Counted from the stretch's first letter, positions 45,086 through 53,456 are shown. The stretch is DNA of 64,000 bases from Clostridia bacterium (GCA_045657465.1 JAZOTD010000026.1:1156-65155); one strand, 5' to 3'. The notes: generated from the sequence alone by a model not told the origin. Numbers and translations: made by a program.

Positions 45086-46461
45086 GTGATATAAAACGAT
45101 TGCTTTTTTGTGATTTTAAACCAGACATAAAAAATCAATTCTCAAAAAACTCACTGGTTTGTAATAATTTTTATAATATTTCGTTATCAAATGGCACAAT
45201 TGATTCAAATTTAAATACATGCGATCTAATGAAAACATTTCTAACCGAATCACAATATGAAAATTTTACAAAACTATATGGCAGTTTATATGCAAACATT
45301 TCACGATTTATCCCATATCAATATGTCGATGAATCTGGGAGTTTAAAACTTAGAATATTTGCTATTGATAAAAATAACAGTATAAATGAATATAATGCGG
45401 ACGAAAGCAATTTGATAAATTTTAACACTACCTTGTCGGGCAATCCAAAGATTGTTTATCATAACAACTCAGTTTATATTTTAGATGGAACATCAACCAT
45501 TTATGTTGTTTCAGGCCCACAAAACCTGGCATTTTACCAAAACACAAAAAAAATTTCATATGTTAAATTTTATCGAGACAAAACTTATTACATGCTCAGC
45601 GATAAGCCAAATACAATTTATGTGGCAACTGACATTGAATTTGAAAAATTGCTAACTTCTGACCCACCAAATGAATCCCTGTTAATTGACATCAATTATG
45701 GCAATTTTCAAGATGTATTAATTTGTGATGATTATATTTATATTATTCAGGATTATGGCATTGCAAAAATACAAAAAACAAAAGATGAAACATATTTTAC
45801 ATATTTTAAAACCCACACAAAAATCATCACCGGAACTGCAAAATCAGTTAACAACTTAATTCTTTTTTATTCAGCAGCTGGACTATACAAATTTGACGGA
45901 AATAAAATCACACCTTTATTTGTCGATCTTTTTAATCTTTGCAATAAGCAAGGCATTGCTGAAACATTCAACAATAAATATTATCTATCAACACAAATGT
46001 ATACAAACAAAGAAACGATTAACTGTTTGATTGAAATTAATCTCTTTAACGACACTTATGTAATTTTTTCAATTGGAAAAGTTTGCCTGCTCGAAACCGT
46101 TGAATTACATGATTTTTATAACTTAATTATCACAACCTGTGATGATGGTTTTTTTAACTCTCTATCAATGGGTTCAAAATTTAACAATCACACATGTAAA
46201 AAGTATGTCGAGTTTAACCCTGTATTTTTAGATAATTATGATGAAAAATCAATTGTTAAGCTAAATATTTTTGCTGAAGGAGAGTTTAGATTCAAAATAA
46301 TTTCAAACAATGGTGATTCCATTTCATATAATGTTTCAAACAGTTTTTCAGCTAACAACATATCACTTTTTGGTCAGCATTTTAAAATTGAAATTTCTAG
46401 TATTTCAAACTTCAAGATTTATTCAATTTATTTGGAGTATAAAACAATTAATCATGATTAA
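45082..46461 (+). CDS. Hypothetical phage-module protein (459 aa), beta-rich
   Basis: Translationally coupled (ATGA). Recurrent hydrophobic strand-like segments (SVYILDG, TIYVVSG, TIYVATD, YIYIIQD, LILFYSAAGLYKFDG) suggest repeated beta blades. No family recognised. Confidence 0.45.
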   Translation: MSDIKRLLFCDFKPDIKNQFSKNSLVCNNFYNISLSNGTIDSNLNTCDLMKTFLTESQYENFTKLYGSLYANISRFIPYQYVDESGSLKLRIFAIDKNNSINEYNADESNLINFNTTLSGNPKIVYHNNSVYILDGTSTIYVVSGPQNLAFYQNTKKISYVKFYRDKTYYMLSDKPNTIYVATDIEFEKLLTSDPPNESLLIDINYGNFQDVLICDDYIYIIQDYGIAKIQKTKDETYFTYFKTHTKIITGTAKSVNNLILFYSAAGLYKFDGNKITPLFVDLFNLCNKQGIAETFNNKYYLSTQMYTNKETINCLIEINLFNDTYVIFSIGKVCLLETVELHDFYNLIITTCDDGFFNSLSMGSKFNNHTCKKYVEFNPVFLDNYDEKSIVKLNIFAEGEFRFKIISNNGDSISYNVSNSFSANNISLFGQHFKIEISSISNFKIYSIYLEYKTINHD

Positions 46462-46532
46462 ATCAGTAGATTATATCTTATCAATCACATCATTTCTTAC
46501 AATAAACAAAATCTTACACACAAGGAGATTTT

Positions 46533-47237
46533 ATGACACTAAAAGAAAAAATTAAATCATATAGCTTTTGGGTGAGTTTAACAAGTGCTCTTGTTTTGAT
46601 TTTAAAAGTTATAGGTTCAAAGTTTGGTTTTAATATTGACGCAACACTAGCAAGTGACATCATCACAAGTCTTTGTAGCATTTTGGTCATCACAGGAATA
46701 ATTGTGACTCCGACTTCAAAATCAGTAAAAGATTTGGAGTTTATCAATAATTCAAACAAACCACAAGAAACAACTGAAATAAAAACAACATTTAAAGACA
46801 ACATTTCAATCTTGTCAGAAACATTGAAAGAAACCGCCGGTAAAATTTTAGATTCAACCGAAACAATAGAAAATAAAAAGATTGAAGAAACAACCGAAGA
46901 AAAAACTTATTCTCTTTCAACTGAATCAAAAACTGAAAATTGTCAAGATAAACAAAATGTTGTCATCGAATCACAAAACACTATCATGACAAAACCAGTT
47001 GAAAATGTTTCTGTTGAAGAAATTGTCATTAACCCTATTATTGAACACAACACTGAGTCAATAGAAGTTGTTGCAATCGAAAATTTTCAAACGGGTTTTG
47101 AACCTCAAACCAATATGACAAACGATGACGATTTCAAAAAAATGCTTGCATCTCAAAAAGATAAATATATCAAAAACCTTGATGCATACATAGAAATCTT
47201 ATCACAAGAACTCAACTCATTAAAGTCAAAAGAATAA
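46533..47237 (+). CDS. Holin-like protein (Phage_holin_1 / phi11-type N-terminal domain) with a long acidic C-terminal extension
   Basis: MTLKEKIKSYSFWVSLTSALVLILKVIGSKFGFNIDATLASDIITSLCSILVITGIIVTPTSKSVKD follows the pattern of staphylococcal phi11-type holins as I recall it (..NWKLRFKNK...ALLLFIKQV..LFGLDL......IGAILTLLTGIGVITDPTSKGVSDS). RBS AGGAG. Confidence 0.65.
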   Translation: MTLKEKIKSYSFWVSLTSALVLILKVIGSKFGFNIDATLASDIITSLCSILVITGIIVTPTSKSVKDLEFINNSNKPQETTEIKTTFKDNISILSETLKETAGKILDSTETIENKKIEETTEEKTYSLSTESKTENCQDKQNVVIESQNTIMTKPVENVSVEEIVINPIIEHNTESIEVVAIENFQTGFEPQTNMTNDDDFKKMLASQKDKYIKNLDAYIEILSQELNSLKSKE

Positions 47238-47250
47238 AATTAAAAATAGG

Positions 47251-47281
47251 GGAAATACTTAAAAAGTATTTCTCTTTTTTT
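47251..47281 (+). terminator. Rho-independent terminator ending the phage-like module
   Basis: Stem GAAATACTT / AAGTATTTC, AAA loop, T-run 47275-47281. Confidence 0.75.
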
Positions 47282-47335
47282 CTGCAAAGTTTTTTGTTCT
47301 AACCACTTACAAAAACTAAATTAAATGCAAAATAC

Positions 47336-47364
47336 TTGATTTTGAAACATAACTATATTATAAT
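47336..47364 (+). promoter_or_regulatory. Sigma-A-type promoter for the membrane-protein / rnj operon
   Basis: TTGATT (47336-47341), 17-nt spacer, TATAAT (47359-47364). Confidence 0.5.
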
Positions 47365-47430
47365 AGAAACAAGATTAAAGTTTTTTTTAAATATTTTAAT
47401 TTGTAACGTTTTTTAAAAGGTGGAACTTTT

Positions 47431-48504
47431 ATGTCTTACAAAAACTCTATGAAGCTATTCGCTTCTAACTTTGCACTTGTTTGGAAACAATTGCTTTATT
47501 TAATGTGCACACTTCTTATTTTTTCATTGTGCTCATACACAATCACAACTCCAATCATTGATCTTTTGAAAGATAATGGAATTGGTGGTGATTTTAAACT
47601 TTTGTTTAACACTGTTTATGGAACACCAAGTGAACTTGCTTTAAATATTTCAGATGTTTTAAAACACATCATCACAATCTTGATTGAAAATTTTTCTAGC
47701 ATCTGGCTTTCACTTGTTGGAACAATCTTGCTTTGCTTTTTGTTGCCATACATTTTGACACAAGTTTCAATCTATAACATTTCATCAATACTTTATCAAA
47801 AATTCACAATGAACATGGATGTTGGATATATGCAAAACTTTTTAAGAACCTTAAAACAAGGTTTGAAATATGCTTTTGCAAATCTCATTTTTGTTCTTCC
47901 ATTTTTAGCAATATTTGTTGTTTTGCTTGAAATTTATTTACTCATTGCAAACACTATAATTTCTGCAATTATCGGTTTGATTGGTTTCATGGCTTTAACA
48001 ATTATGGTTTTAGCTTTTAAAATCACAATCTTTACAAACTATACAGCATATATGGTTGAAAACGATGCAGACGCTTTTGTTTCTTTTGCAAAAGGCGTTG
48101 CAATATCACTTAAAAATTTCTGGAAACCAATGTCAATCAGTATTATCTTGCTTTTAACAATCATCATGGTTAATGGCTTTATTGCAGTGTTTACATTCTT
48201 CTCAGGACTCATTATTACAATCCCAGCAACATATGTGCTTATTGCGATCTACAATCTCGTAACATATTTCAACAACAAAGGCATTAGATATTATTTAAGC
48301 AACACAATCATCTACAATCCTGTTAAATACACCGTTAAAAAAGATGATTTTGATTATGTAAGCATTTCAGTTCCTGAAGCAACAAAAGAAATTCAAGTAA
48401 CAACCACCGTTATGAAAAAGAAATATAAAAAAACAAAATCAACTAATACAAAACCAAAAACTAAAAAACAAAAAACTAAAAAACAAAAAATAAATAAGGA
48501 TTAA
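47431..48504 (+). CDS. Multi-pass integral membrane protein with a Lys-rich C-terminal tail
   Basis: 357 aa with several long hydrophobic segments. The tail is KKKYKKTKSTNTKPKTKKQKTKKQKINKD. Its stop lies 1 nt before the rnj ATG. Confidence 0.6.
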   Translation: MSYKNSMKLFASNFALVWKQLLYLMCTLLIFSLCSYTITTPIIDLLKDNGIGGDFKLLFNTVYGTPSELALNISDVLKHIITILIENFSSIWLSLVGTILLCFLLPYILTQVSIYNISSILYQKFTMNMDVGYMQNFLRTLKQGLKYAFANLIFVLPFLAIFVVLLEIYLLIANTIISAIIGLIGFMALTIMVLAFKITIFTNYTAYMVENDADAFVSFAKGVAISLKNFWKPMSISIILLLTIIMVNGFIAVFTFFSGLIITIPATYVLIAIYNLVTYFNNKGIRYYLSNTIIYNPVKYTVKKDDFDYVSISVPEATKEIQVTTTVMKKKYKKTKSTNTKPKTKKQKTKKQKINKD

Positions 48505-48505
48505 T

Positions 48506-50410
48506 ATGAACGAAAATATAATTAACGAAACACAACAAAAGACATTTGTTCCAACAAAAAAGAGAACATTCTCTGAAACAGAACAAAACTCAGGGTCTTA
48601 TAATGTTGGTATGAAAAAACAAAAAACTCAAATTTCAAAAGAAATGATCAACAAGGTTAACAAACACCTTGCAGATGTTAATGAAAACTTAAACTTAAAC
48701 AACATGGAGCAGGGCGAACTCTTAACAAAAAATGCAGGTAAAACCCACTTTAAACAAAGAGGTAATGGCAAGGTTAAAGTCATTTTCTTGGGCGGCGTTG
48801 GAGAAATTGGAAAAAATATCACAGCAATTGAATATGGCGATGATATTTTGCTTATCGACTGCGGACTTTCATTTCCAAGTGAAGATATGCCAGGTGTAGA
48901 CCTTGTTATTCCAGACTTTTCATATGTGAAAGAAAACGCGCACAAAATCAAAGGTATTGTTGTCACACACGGTCACGAAGACCACATTGGAAGTTTGCCA
49001 TATCTTTTAAAAGATGTTAAAGTTCCAATCTATGCAAGCAAAATGACACTTACTCTTTTAGATAACAAAATTCGCGAACACAAAATCACAGGCGTTAAGG
49101 GCATTGCCGTTAAACCTGGATATGTCGTAAAAATTGGCATCTACACTGTTGAATTCGTAAAAGTAAACCACTCAATTCCAGGTGCATATGCTCTTTCAAT
49201 TGACACTCCTGCAGGAACTATTTTCCACACAGGAGACTTCAAAATTGACTATGAACCAATTGACGGTGAAGTTATTGACCTTGCAAGAATTGCAGAAATT
49301 GGCAGAAAAGGTGTAACCCTTCTTCTTTGCGAAAGCACAAACGTTGAAAAACAAGGATACACAATGTCAGAAAAACGCGTTGGAGAAAACCTTGAAAGAG
49401 TGTTTATCGACAATGCCGACAGACGTTTATTCGTTGCAACTTTCTCAAGCAATATCTACCGTGTTGAACAAATTGTTCAACTTGCAATTAAATATAACAG
49501 ACGAGTTGCGGTTGTTGGCAGAAGCATGATTAACAACATTGATGCTGGTATGAAAATTGGCTCTTTCAAGTTTGACAAAAACGTGTTTGTTGATATTGAA
49601 AAAATTGGTTCAATGGAAGACAAAAATGTTCTTGTTCTTTCAACTGGAAGCCAAGGCGAACCAAAGAGTGCACTTTCAAGACTTGCAAATGGCGAATTTA
49701 GCAAGGTTGAAATCGGTCCAAATGATACTGTTATTTTCTCAAGTTATCCAATCCCTGGAAACGAAAATATGGTTAACACAGTAATCAATAACCTTTACAA
49801 GAAAGGTGCTATTGTTGTTGCTGAAGACGTTCACGCATCTGGTCACGCTTGCCAAGAAGAGCTTAAGATTATTCACAATCTTATAAAACCAAAATTCTTT
49901 ATTCCTGTTCACGGTGAATATAGACACCTTAAAGAACATGTCATTTTATCACAAAAACTCGGCATGCCAAAAACAAACCAAATCATTCCTGAAATCGGCA
50001 ACGTCGTTGAGCTCACAAAAAACTCAATGGTTCTTGCTGGAAACGTTCAAGCAGGTGAACAACTTGTTGACGGTCTTGGAATTGGTGATGTTGGCAGTGT
50101 TGTTCTTCGTGACAGAAAACTTTTATCTGAAGACGGACTTGTTATTGTTGTTATGGGTATTTCAGAAGCAACAGGCGAGCTATTAAATGAACCATATCTT
50201 ATCACACGCGGCTTTGTTTACACTGATGAAGCAGGTGAACTTGACAGAGAAGCAAAACAAATTTTGCATGACACACTTGCAACCTTAAATTTAAGAGAAA
50301 ACCATGATTGGAACGAAATTAGAAACTTAATTAGAAAACCTCTTAGAAACTATTTCTTTAAAAAGACAAAGAGAACTCCAATGATTCTTCCAATCGTATT
50401 TAGAGCGTAA
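48506..50410 (+). CDS. rnj: Ribonuclease J (metallo-beta-lactamase / beta-CASP)
   Basis: VIFLGGVGEIGKN, VTHGHEDHIG, HASGHA and the overall length. It carries an N-terminal extension of about 75-85 aa compared with the B. subtilis RNase J1 N-terminus. Confidence 0.9.
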   Translation: MNENIINETQQKTFVPTKKRTFSETEQNSGSYNVGMKKQKTQISKEMINKVNKHLADVNENLNLNNMEQGELLTKNAGKTHFKQRGNGKVKVIFLGGVGEIGKNITAIEYGDDILLIDCGLSFPSEDMPGVDLVIPDFSYVKENAHKIKGIVVTHGHEDHIGSLPYLLKDVKVPIYASKMTLTLLDNKIREHKITGVKGIAVKPGYVVKIGIYTVEFVKVNHSIPGAYALSIDTPAGTIFHTGDFKIDYEPIDGEVIDLARIAEIGRKGVTLLLCESTNVEKQGYTMSEKRVGENLERVFIDNADRRLFVATFSSNIYRVEQIVQLAIKYNRRVAVVGRSMINNIDAGMKIGSFKFDKNVFVDIEKIGSMEDKNVLVLSTGSQGEPKSALSRLANGEFSKVEIGPNDTVIFSSYPIPGNENMVNTVINNLYKKGAIVVAEDVHASGHACQEELKIIHNLIKPKFFIPVHGEYRHLKEHVILSQKLGMPKTNQIIPEIGNVVELTKNSMVLAGNVQAGEQLVDGLGIGDVGSVVLRDRKLLSEDGLVIVVMGISEATGELLNEPYLITRGFVYTDEAGELDREAKQILHDTLATLNLRENHDWNEIRNLIRKPLRNYFFKKTKRTPMILPIVFRA

Positions 50411-50411
50411 A

Positions 50412-51026
50412 ATGGAAATTTCAAAAATTAAAAACAATGCTAAAGACTATGGCATTCCAATCATAAGATCAAAAAGCCATGAGTTTTTAGAAAAATTAAT
50501 AAAAAAAGAAAAGCCAAAACAAATTTTAGAAATTGGCACCGCAGTTGGATACAGTGGCATCACAATGCTAAAAGCATGTGAAGACTCGTTTTTAACAACA
50601 ATTGAGCACAACCAGTCACTTGTTAAAACTGCAAACAAAAACTTCAAAAAACAAAAACTTAATGGCAGGGTGAATATCATTCATGCCGATTGTTTAGTTG
50701 AACTCGCCAAAATGGTTGCATCAAAAGAATATGACAGCTACTTTGATTTTATCTTCTTAGATGGACCAAAGGCCCAGTATGACATGATGCTTGATTCACT
50801 AATTTTGCTTCTTGCACCAAACGGAACTTTTGTTGCAGACAATGTTTTATTTCGTGGATATGTAAGTGGCGAAAATCAAGCCCCAACAAAACGATATAAA
50901 ACTATTATAAAAAGACTTAATGATTTTATTGAAAACTGCAAAAAACACCCATTTTTGACTAATTTTGAATTAAAAAACATTGAAGATGGGTTGGTTGTTG
51001 CAAAAAAGGTATCAAATGAAAAATAA
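50412..51026 (+). CDS. Class I SAM-dependent O-methyltransferase (YrrM/TrmR-like)
   Basis: 204 aa with ILEIGTAVGYS (SAM motif I) and FIFLDGPK. It sits directly upstream of a U32 peptidase gene, as in the B. subtilis yrrM-yrrN-yrrO arrangement. Confidence 0.7.
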   Translation: MEISKIKNNAKDYGIPIIRSKSHEFLEKLIKKEKPKQILEIGTAVGYSGITMLKACEDSFLTTIEHNQSLVKTANKNFKKQKLNGRVNIIHADCLVELAKMVASKEYDSYFDFIFLDGPKAQYDMMLDSLILLLAPNGTFVADNVLFRGYVSGENQAPTKRYKTIIKRLNDFIENCKKHPFLTNFELKNIEDGLVVAKKVSNEK

Positions 51027-52239
51027 CAAAATTGAGCTTTTAGCCCCAGCAGGCGATATTGAAAAATTAAAAACAGCGGTGCACTTTGGCGCAGATGCTG
51101 TTTATTTTGCTGGAAAAAATTATGGACTGAGAGCATTTGGAACAAATTTTGAAAATGACTCAATTGTCGAAACAATGAACTATTTGCATAAGCACGGCAA
51201 ACGCGGCTATGTAACATTAAATGTTTATGCCAGACATAATGATTTTGCAGGGCTAAAAGACTATGTTCAAACATTGGTTGATGCAAAAGTTGACGCAGTG
51301 ATTGTTTCAGATTTGGGAATTTTTTCTTTCATTAGAGAGCACTTTCCAAGTTTAGAAATCCATGTTTCAACACAAGCAAACACAACAAACGCCTATGCAG
51401 CAAAAATGTGGAGCAAGCTTGGAGCAAAAAGAGTTGTTCTTGCAAGAGAACTAAACGTTGATGAAATCAAAAACATTTCAAAAGAAAATCCAGACCTTGA
51501 CATTGAAGCATTTGTTCATGGGGCTATGTGCATAAGCTATAGCGGAAGATGTCTTCTTTCAAACTACTTAACCAATCGCGACTCAAATCACGGCGAATGC
51601 GTGCAAGCTTGCAGATGGAAATATTCAGTTGTTGAAGAAAATCGTCCAGATGACAAACTCGACCTTCTTGAAGATGAAAGGGGCACTTATATTTTCAATA
51701 GCAAAGATTTGTGCCTAATTGACTACGTTGACAAAATTAATGAAGCTGGTGTAAACAGTTTTAAAATTGAAGGCAGAATGAAATCGCCATATTACGTTGC
51801 AACTGTAATCAATGCGTATAGACGTGCAATTGATTATATGGAAGAATGCAAAAAACAAAACAAGCCATATGCAGTTCCTGAAATTCTAAAAAAAGAGCTC
51901 TCTAAAGCAAGCCACAGAAAATATACAACAGGCTTTATGTTTTCAGATGGCGATCCAACACAAAACTATGAAACAAGCATTCAAGAACAAGACAGCAAGT
52001 TCATGGCAATTGTTCAAGATGTTAAACCAGGAAAAATCTTGGTTGAACAACGCAACAAATTTGCAGTTGGTGACAGCCTTGAAATATTGTCTCCAAATTC
52101 AATCTTTGGAAAACTTTTAAAAGTTGAAAAAATGTTTGATGAAAACGGAACTCCAGTTCTTGAAGCTAAAAATGTTCAACAAAAACTTTGGATTGAAACA
52201 GATCTTGCATTTGAAGTCGGCGACATTTTAAGAAAATAA
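51016..52239 (+). CDS. Peptidase U32 family protein (YrrO/TrhP-like)
   Basis: MKNNKIELLAPAGDIEKLKTAVHFGADAVYFAG... is the canonical U32 N-terminus. Cys-containing segments MCISYSGRCLLS and ECVQACRW are present. The start is taken at the ATG at 51016 rather than the ORF-track start at 50980. Confidence 0.85.
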   Translation: MKNNKIELLAPAGDIEKLKTAVHFGADAVYFAGKNYGLRAFGTNFENDSIVETMNYLHKHGKRGYVTLNVYARHNDFAGLKDYVQTLVDAKVDAVIVSDLGIFSFIREHFPSLEIHVSTQANTTNAYAAKMWSKLGAKRVVLARELNVDEIKNISKENPDLDIEAFVHGAMCISYSGRCLLSNYLTNRDSNHGECVQACRWKYSVVEENRPDDKLDLLEDERGTYIFNSKDLCLIDYVDKINEAGVNSFKIEGRMKSPYYVATVINAYRRAIDYMEECKKQNKPYAVPEILKKELSKASHRKYTTGFMFSDGDPTQNYETSIQEQDSKFMAIVQDVKPGKILVEQRNKFAVGDSLEILSPNSIFGKLLKVEKMFDENGTPVLEAKNVQQKLWIETDLAFEVGDILRK

Positions 52240-52250
52240 ATATACCTATA

Positions 52251-52279
52251 AAAAGGATAGGTGAGCCCTATCTTTTTTT
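52251..52279 (+). terminator. Rho-independent terminator after the U32 gene
   Basis: Stem GATAGG / CCTATC, loop TGAGC, followed by T7. Confidence 0.7.
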
Positions 52280-52329
52280 ATTGTTCATAATTGTGAAAGA
52301 TAAAACATATTGTTGTTTTAGGAGGAATT

Positions 52330-53019
52330 ATGTTTTTATCTGGATTATTTTCACTGCTTTCAAAACTGTTTTTCTTTACAGGTCGAATCGAAAACAAGAA
52401 CGCATTTGATAAACCACTAACAACAGCTGAAGAAAAAGAATATTTTCAAAAGATGAAAGAAGGCGACAAGATTGCCGAAGAAAAACTCATTAGACACAAC
52501 CTTAGACTTGTTGCACACATAACAAAGAAATATAAAAATTCTAGTCTAGATGCAGATGACCTAATTTCAATCGGGTCAATAGGACTGATGAAAGCAATAA
52601 AAACTTTTTCTTATGAAAAGGGCAACAGTTTTTCAACCTATGCATCAAGATGCATTGAAAATGAAATTTTGATGACATTTCGTGCAGATAAGAAAAATGC
52701 AAATGCAATTTATCTTGAAGATGTGATTTCAATCGACAAAGACGGAAACGATCTGTCACTCTATGAGATTTTGCAAGATGACTCAACAAATGTTGAAAAA
52801 GATGTCGAAAACAAAATCATATATAAAAAGATAGAAAAAATTATTTTAGAAAAATTAACCACACGTGAAAAAGACATCTTAATTAGACGATATGGACTAA
52901 TGGGACATATTCCAAAAACGCAAATTGAACTGGCAGAAGAAATGAAAATTTCAAGGTCTTATATTTCAAGACTTGAGAAAAAAGCATTATTTTTAATAAA
53001 GAATCAACTTAAATTATAA
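52330..53019 (+). CDS. sigK: Sporulation-type sigma-70 family factor, SigK-like (SigE-like not excluded), with an N-terminal pro-sequence
   Basis: ...GRIENKNAFDKPLTTAEEKEYFQKMKEGDKIAEEKLIRHNLRLVAHITKKYK...DLISIGSIGLMKAIKTF...TYASRCIENEILMTFR parallels B. subtilis SigK as I recall it (YVKNNAFPQPLSSSEEEKYL...LIEHNLRLVAHIVKKF...ATYAARCIENEILMHLR). Region 4 reads ISRSYISRLEKKAL. RBS AGGAGG. Confidence 0.7.
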   Translation: MFLSGLFSLLSKLFFFTGRIENKNAFDKPLTTAEEKEYFQKMKEGDKIAEEKLIRHNLRLVAHITKKYKNSSLDADDLISIGSIGLMKAIKTFSYEKGNSFSTYASRCIENEILMTFRADKKNANAIYLEDVISIDKDGNDLSLYEILQDDSTNVEKDVENKIIYKKIEKIILEKLTTREKDILIRRYGLMGHIPKTQIELAEEMKISRSYISRLEKKALFLIKNQLKL

Positions 53020-53107
53020 TTTAAATTAAGGCTTTTTGCGTTTTTATTAATTTTGCATAATTATTAGTTTAATTAATTTCTAGACTAAAATTAACCATTA
53101 ATTGATA

Positions 53108-53136
53108 TTGACTATTTTATAAAAAAGTTGTATAAT
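53108..53136 (+). promoter_or_regulatory. Near-consensus sigma-A promoter for rnpB
   Basis: TTGACT (53108-53113), 17-nt spacer, TATAAT (53131-53136). The predicted transcription start coincides with the first base of the P1 stem, near 53144. Confidence 0.7.
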
Positions 53137-53143
53137 ATAATCA

Positions 53144-53456
53144 GTTGGTTAGACAATCGCGCCATTTTGGTGAGGAAAGTCCGAGCACCACAGAACAATC
53201 ACGCTTGATAACGTCAAGCCAAGGTAACTTGAGGAAAAGTGCAACAGAAATATACAGCCTTCGGGCAATGGTGAAAAAGTGAGGTAAGAGCTCACTCGAG
53301 ACATTGGTGACAATGACTCGCTGTAAACTCCGTGAGGTGCAAGGTGTGGAACATATGGGCTGTTCGTCCGTTCCCGTGACCGCTTGAGCATGGTGGTGAC
53401 ACCATGACTAGATTGATGATTGTCTTAAATGACAGAACTCGGCTTATAGACCAACC
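53144..53456 (+). ncRNA. rnpB: RNase P RNA (bacterial, type-A-like landmarks, compact at about 313 nt)
   Basis: P4 strands GAGGAAAGTCCGAGC (53172-53186) and ACAGAACTCGGCTTATAG (53432-53449). Also AGTGCAACAGAAA, GGTAAGAGCTCAC and GTAAACTCC. P1 pairing is GTTGGT (53144-53149) / ACCAAC (53450-55). It has its own promoter and terminator. Confidence 0.9.

Larger units (their letters stand above)
38392..47281 (+). mobile_element. Phage-derived capsid and DNA-packaging module (prophage remnant, satellite-like or domesticated) with no recognisable integrase, replication, tail or endolysin genes
   Basis: A co-oriented, tightly coupled gene string: TerL, two small ORFs, portal-sized, scaffold-like and capsid-sized proteins, three unknowns, then a holin-like gene and a terminator. 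Confidence 0.6.

Noticed and set aside
36356-47430. Integrase, att direct repeats or a tRNA integration site delimiting a complete prophage.
   Set aside because: No tyrosine or serine recombinase-like ORF and no tRNA gene are present. The only sequences shared between 36.4-36.8 kb and 47.24-47.43 kb are short A/T homopolymer-rich stretches expected in AT-rich spacers.
53149-53391. An 80-aa minus-strand ORF.
   Set aside because: It lies entirely within the RNase P RNA gene, whose P4 and other universal motifs are on the plus strand. It is a spurious ORF in a structured RNA.
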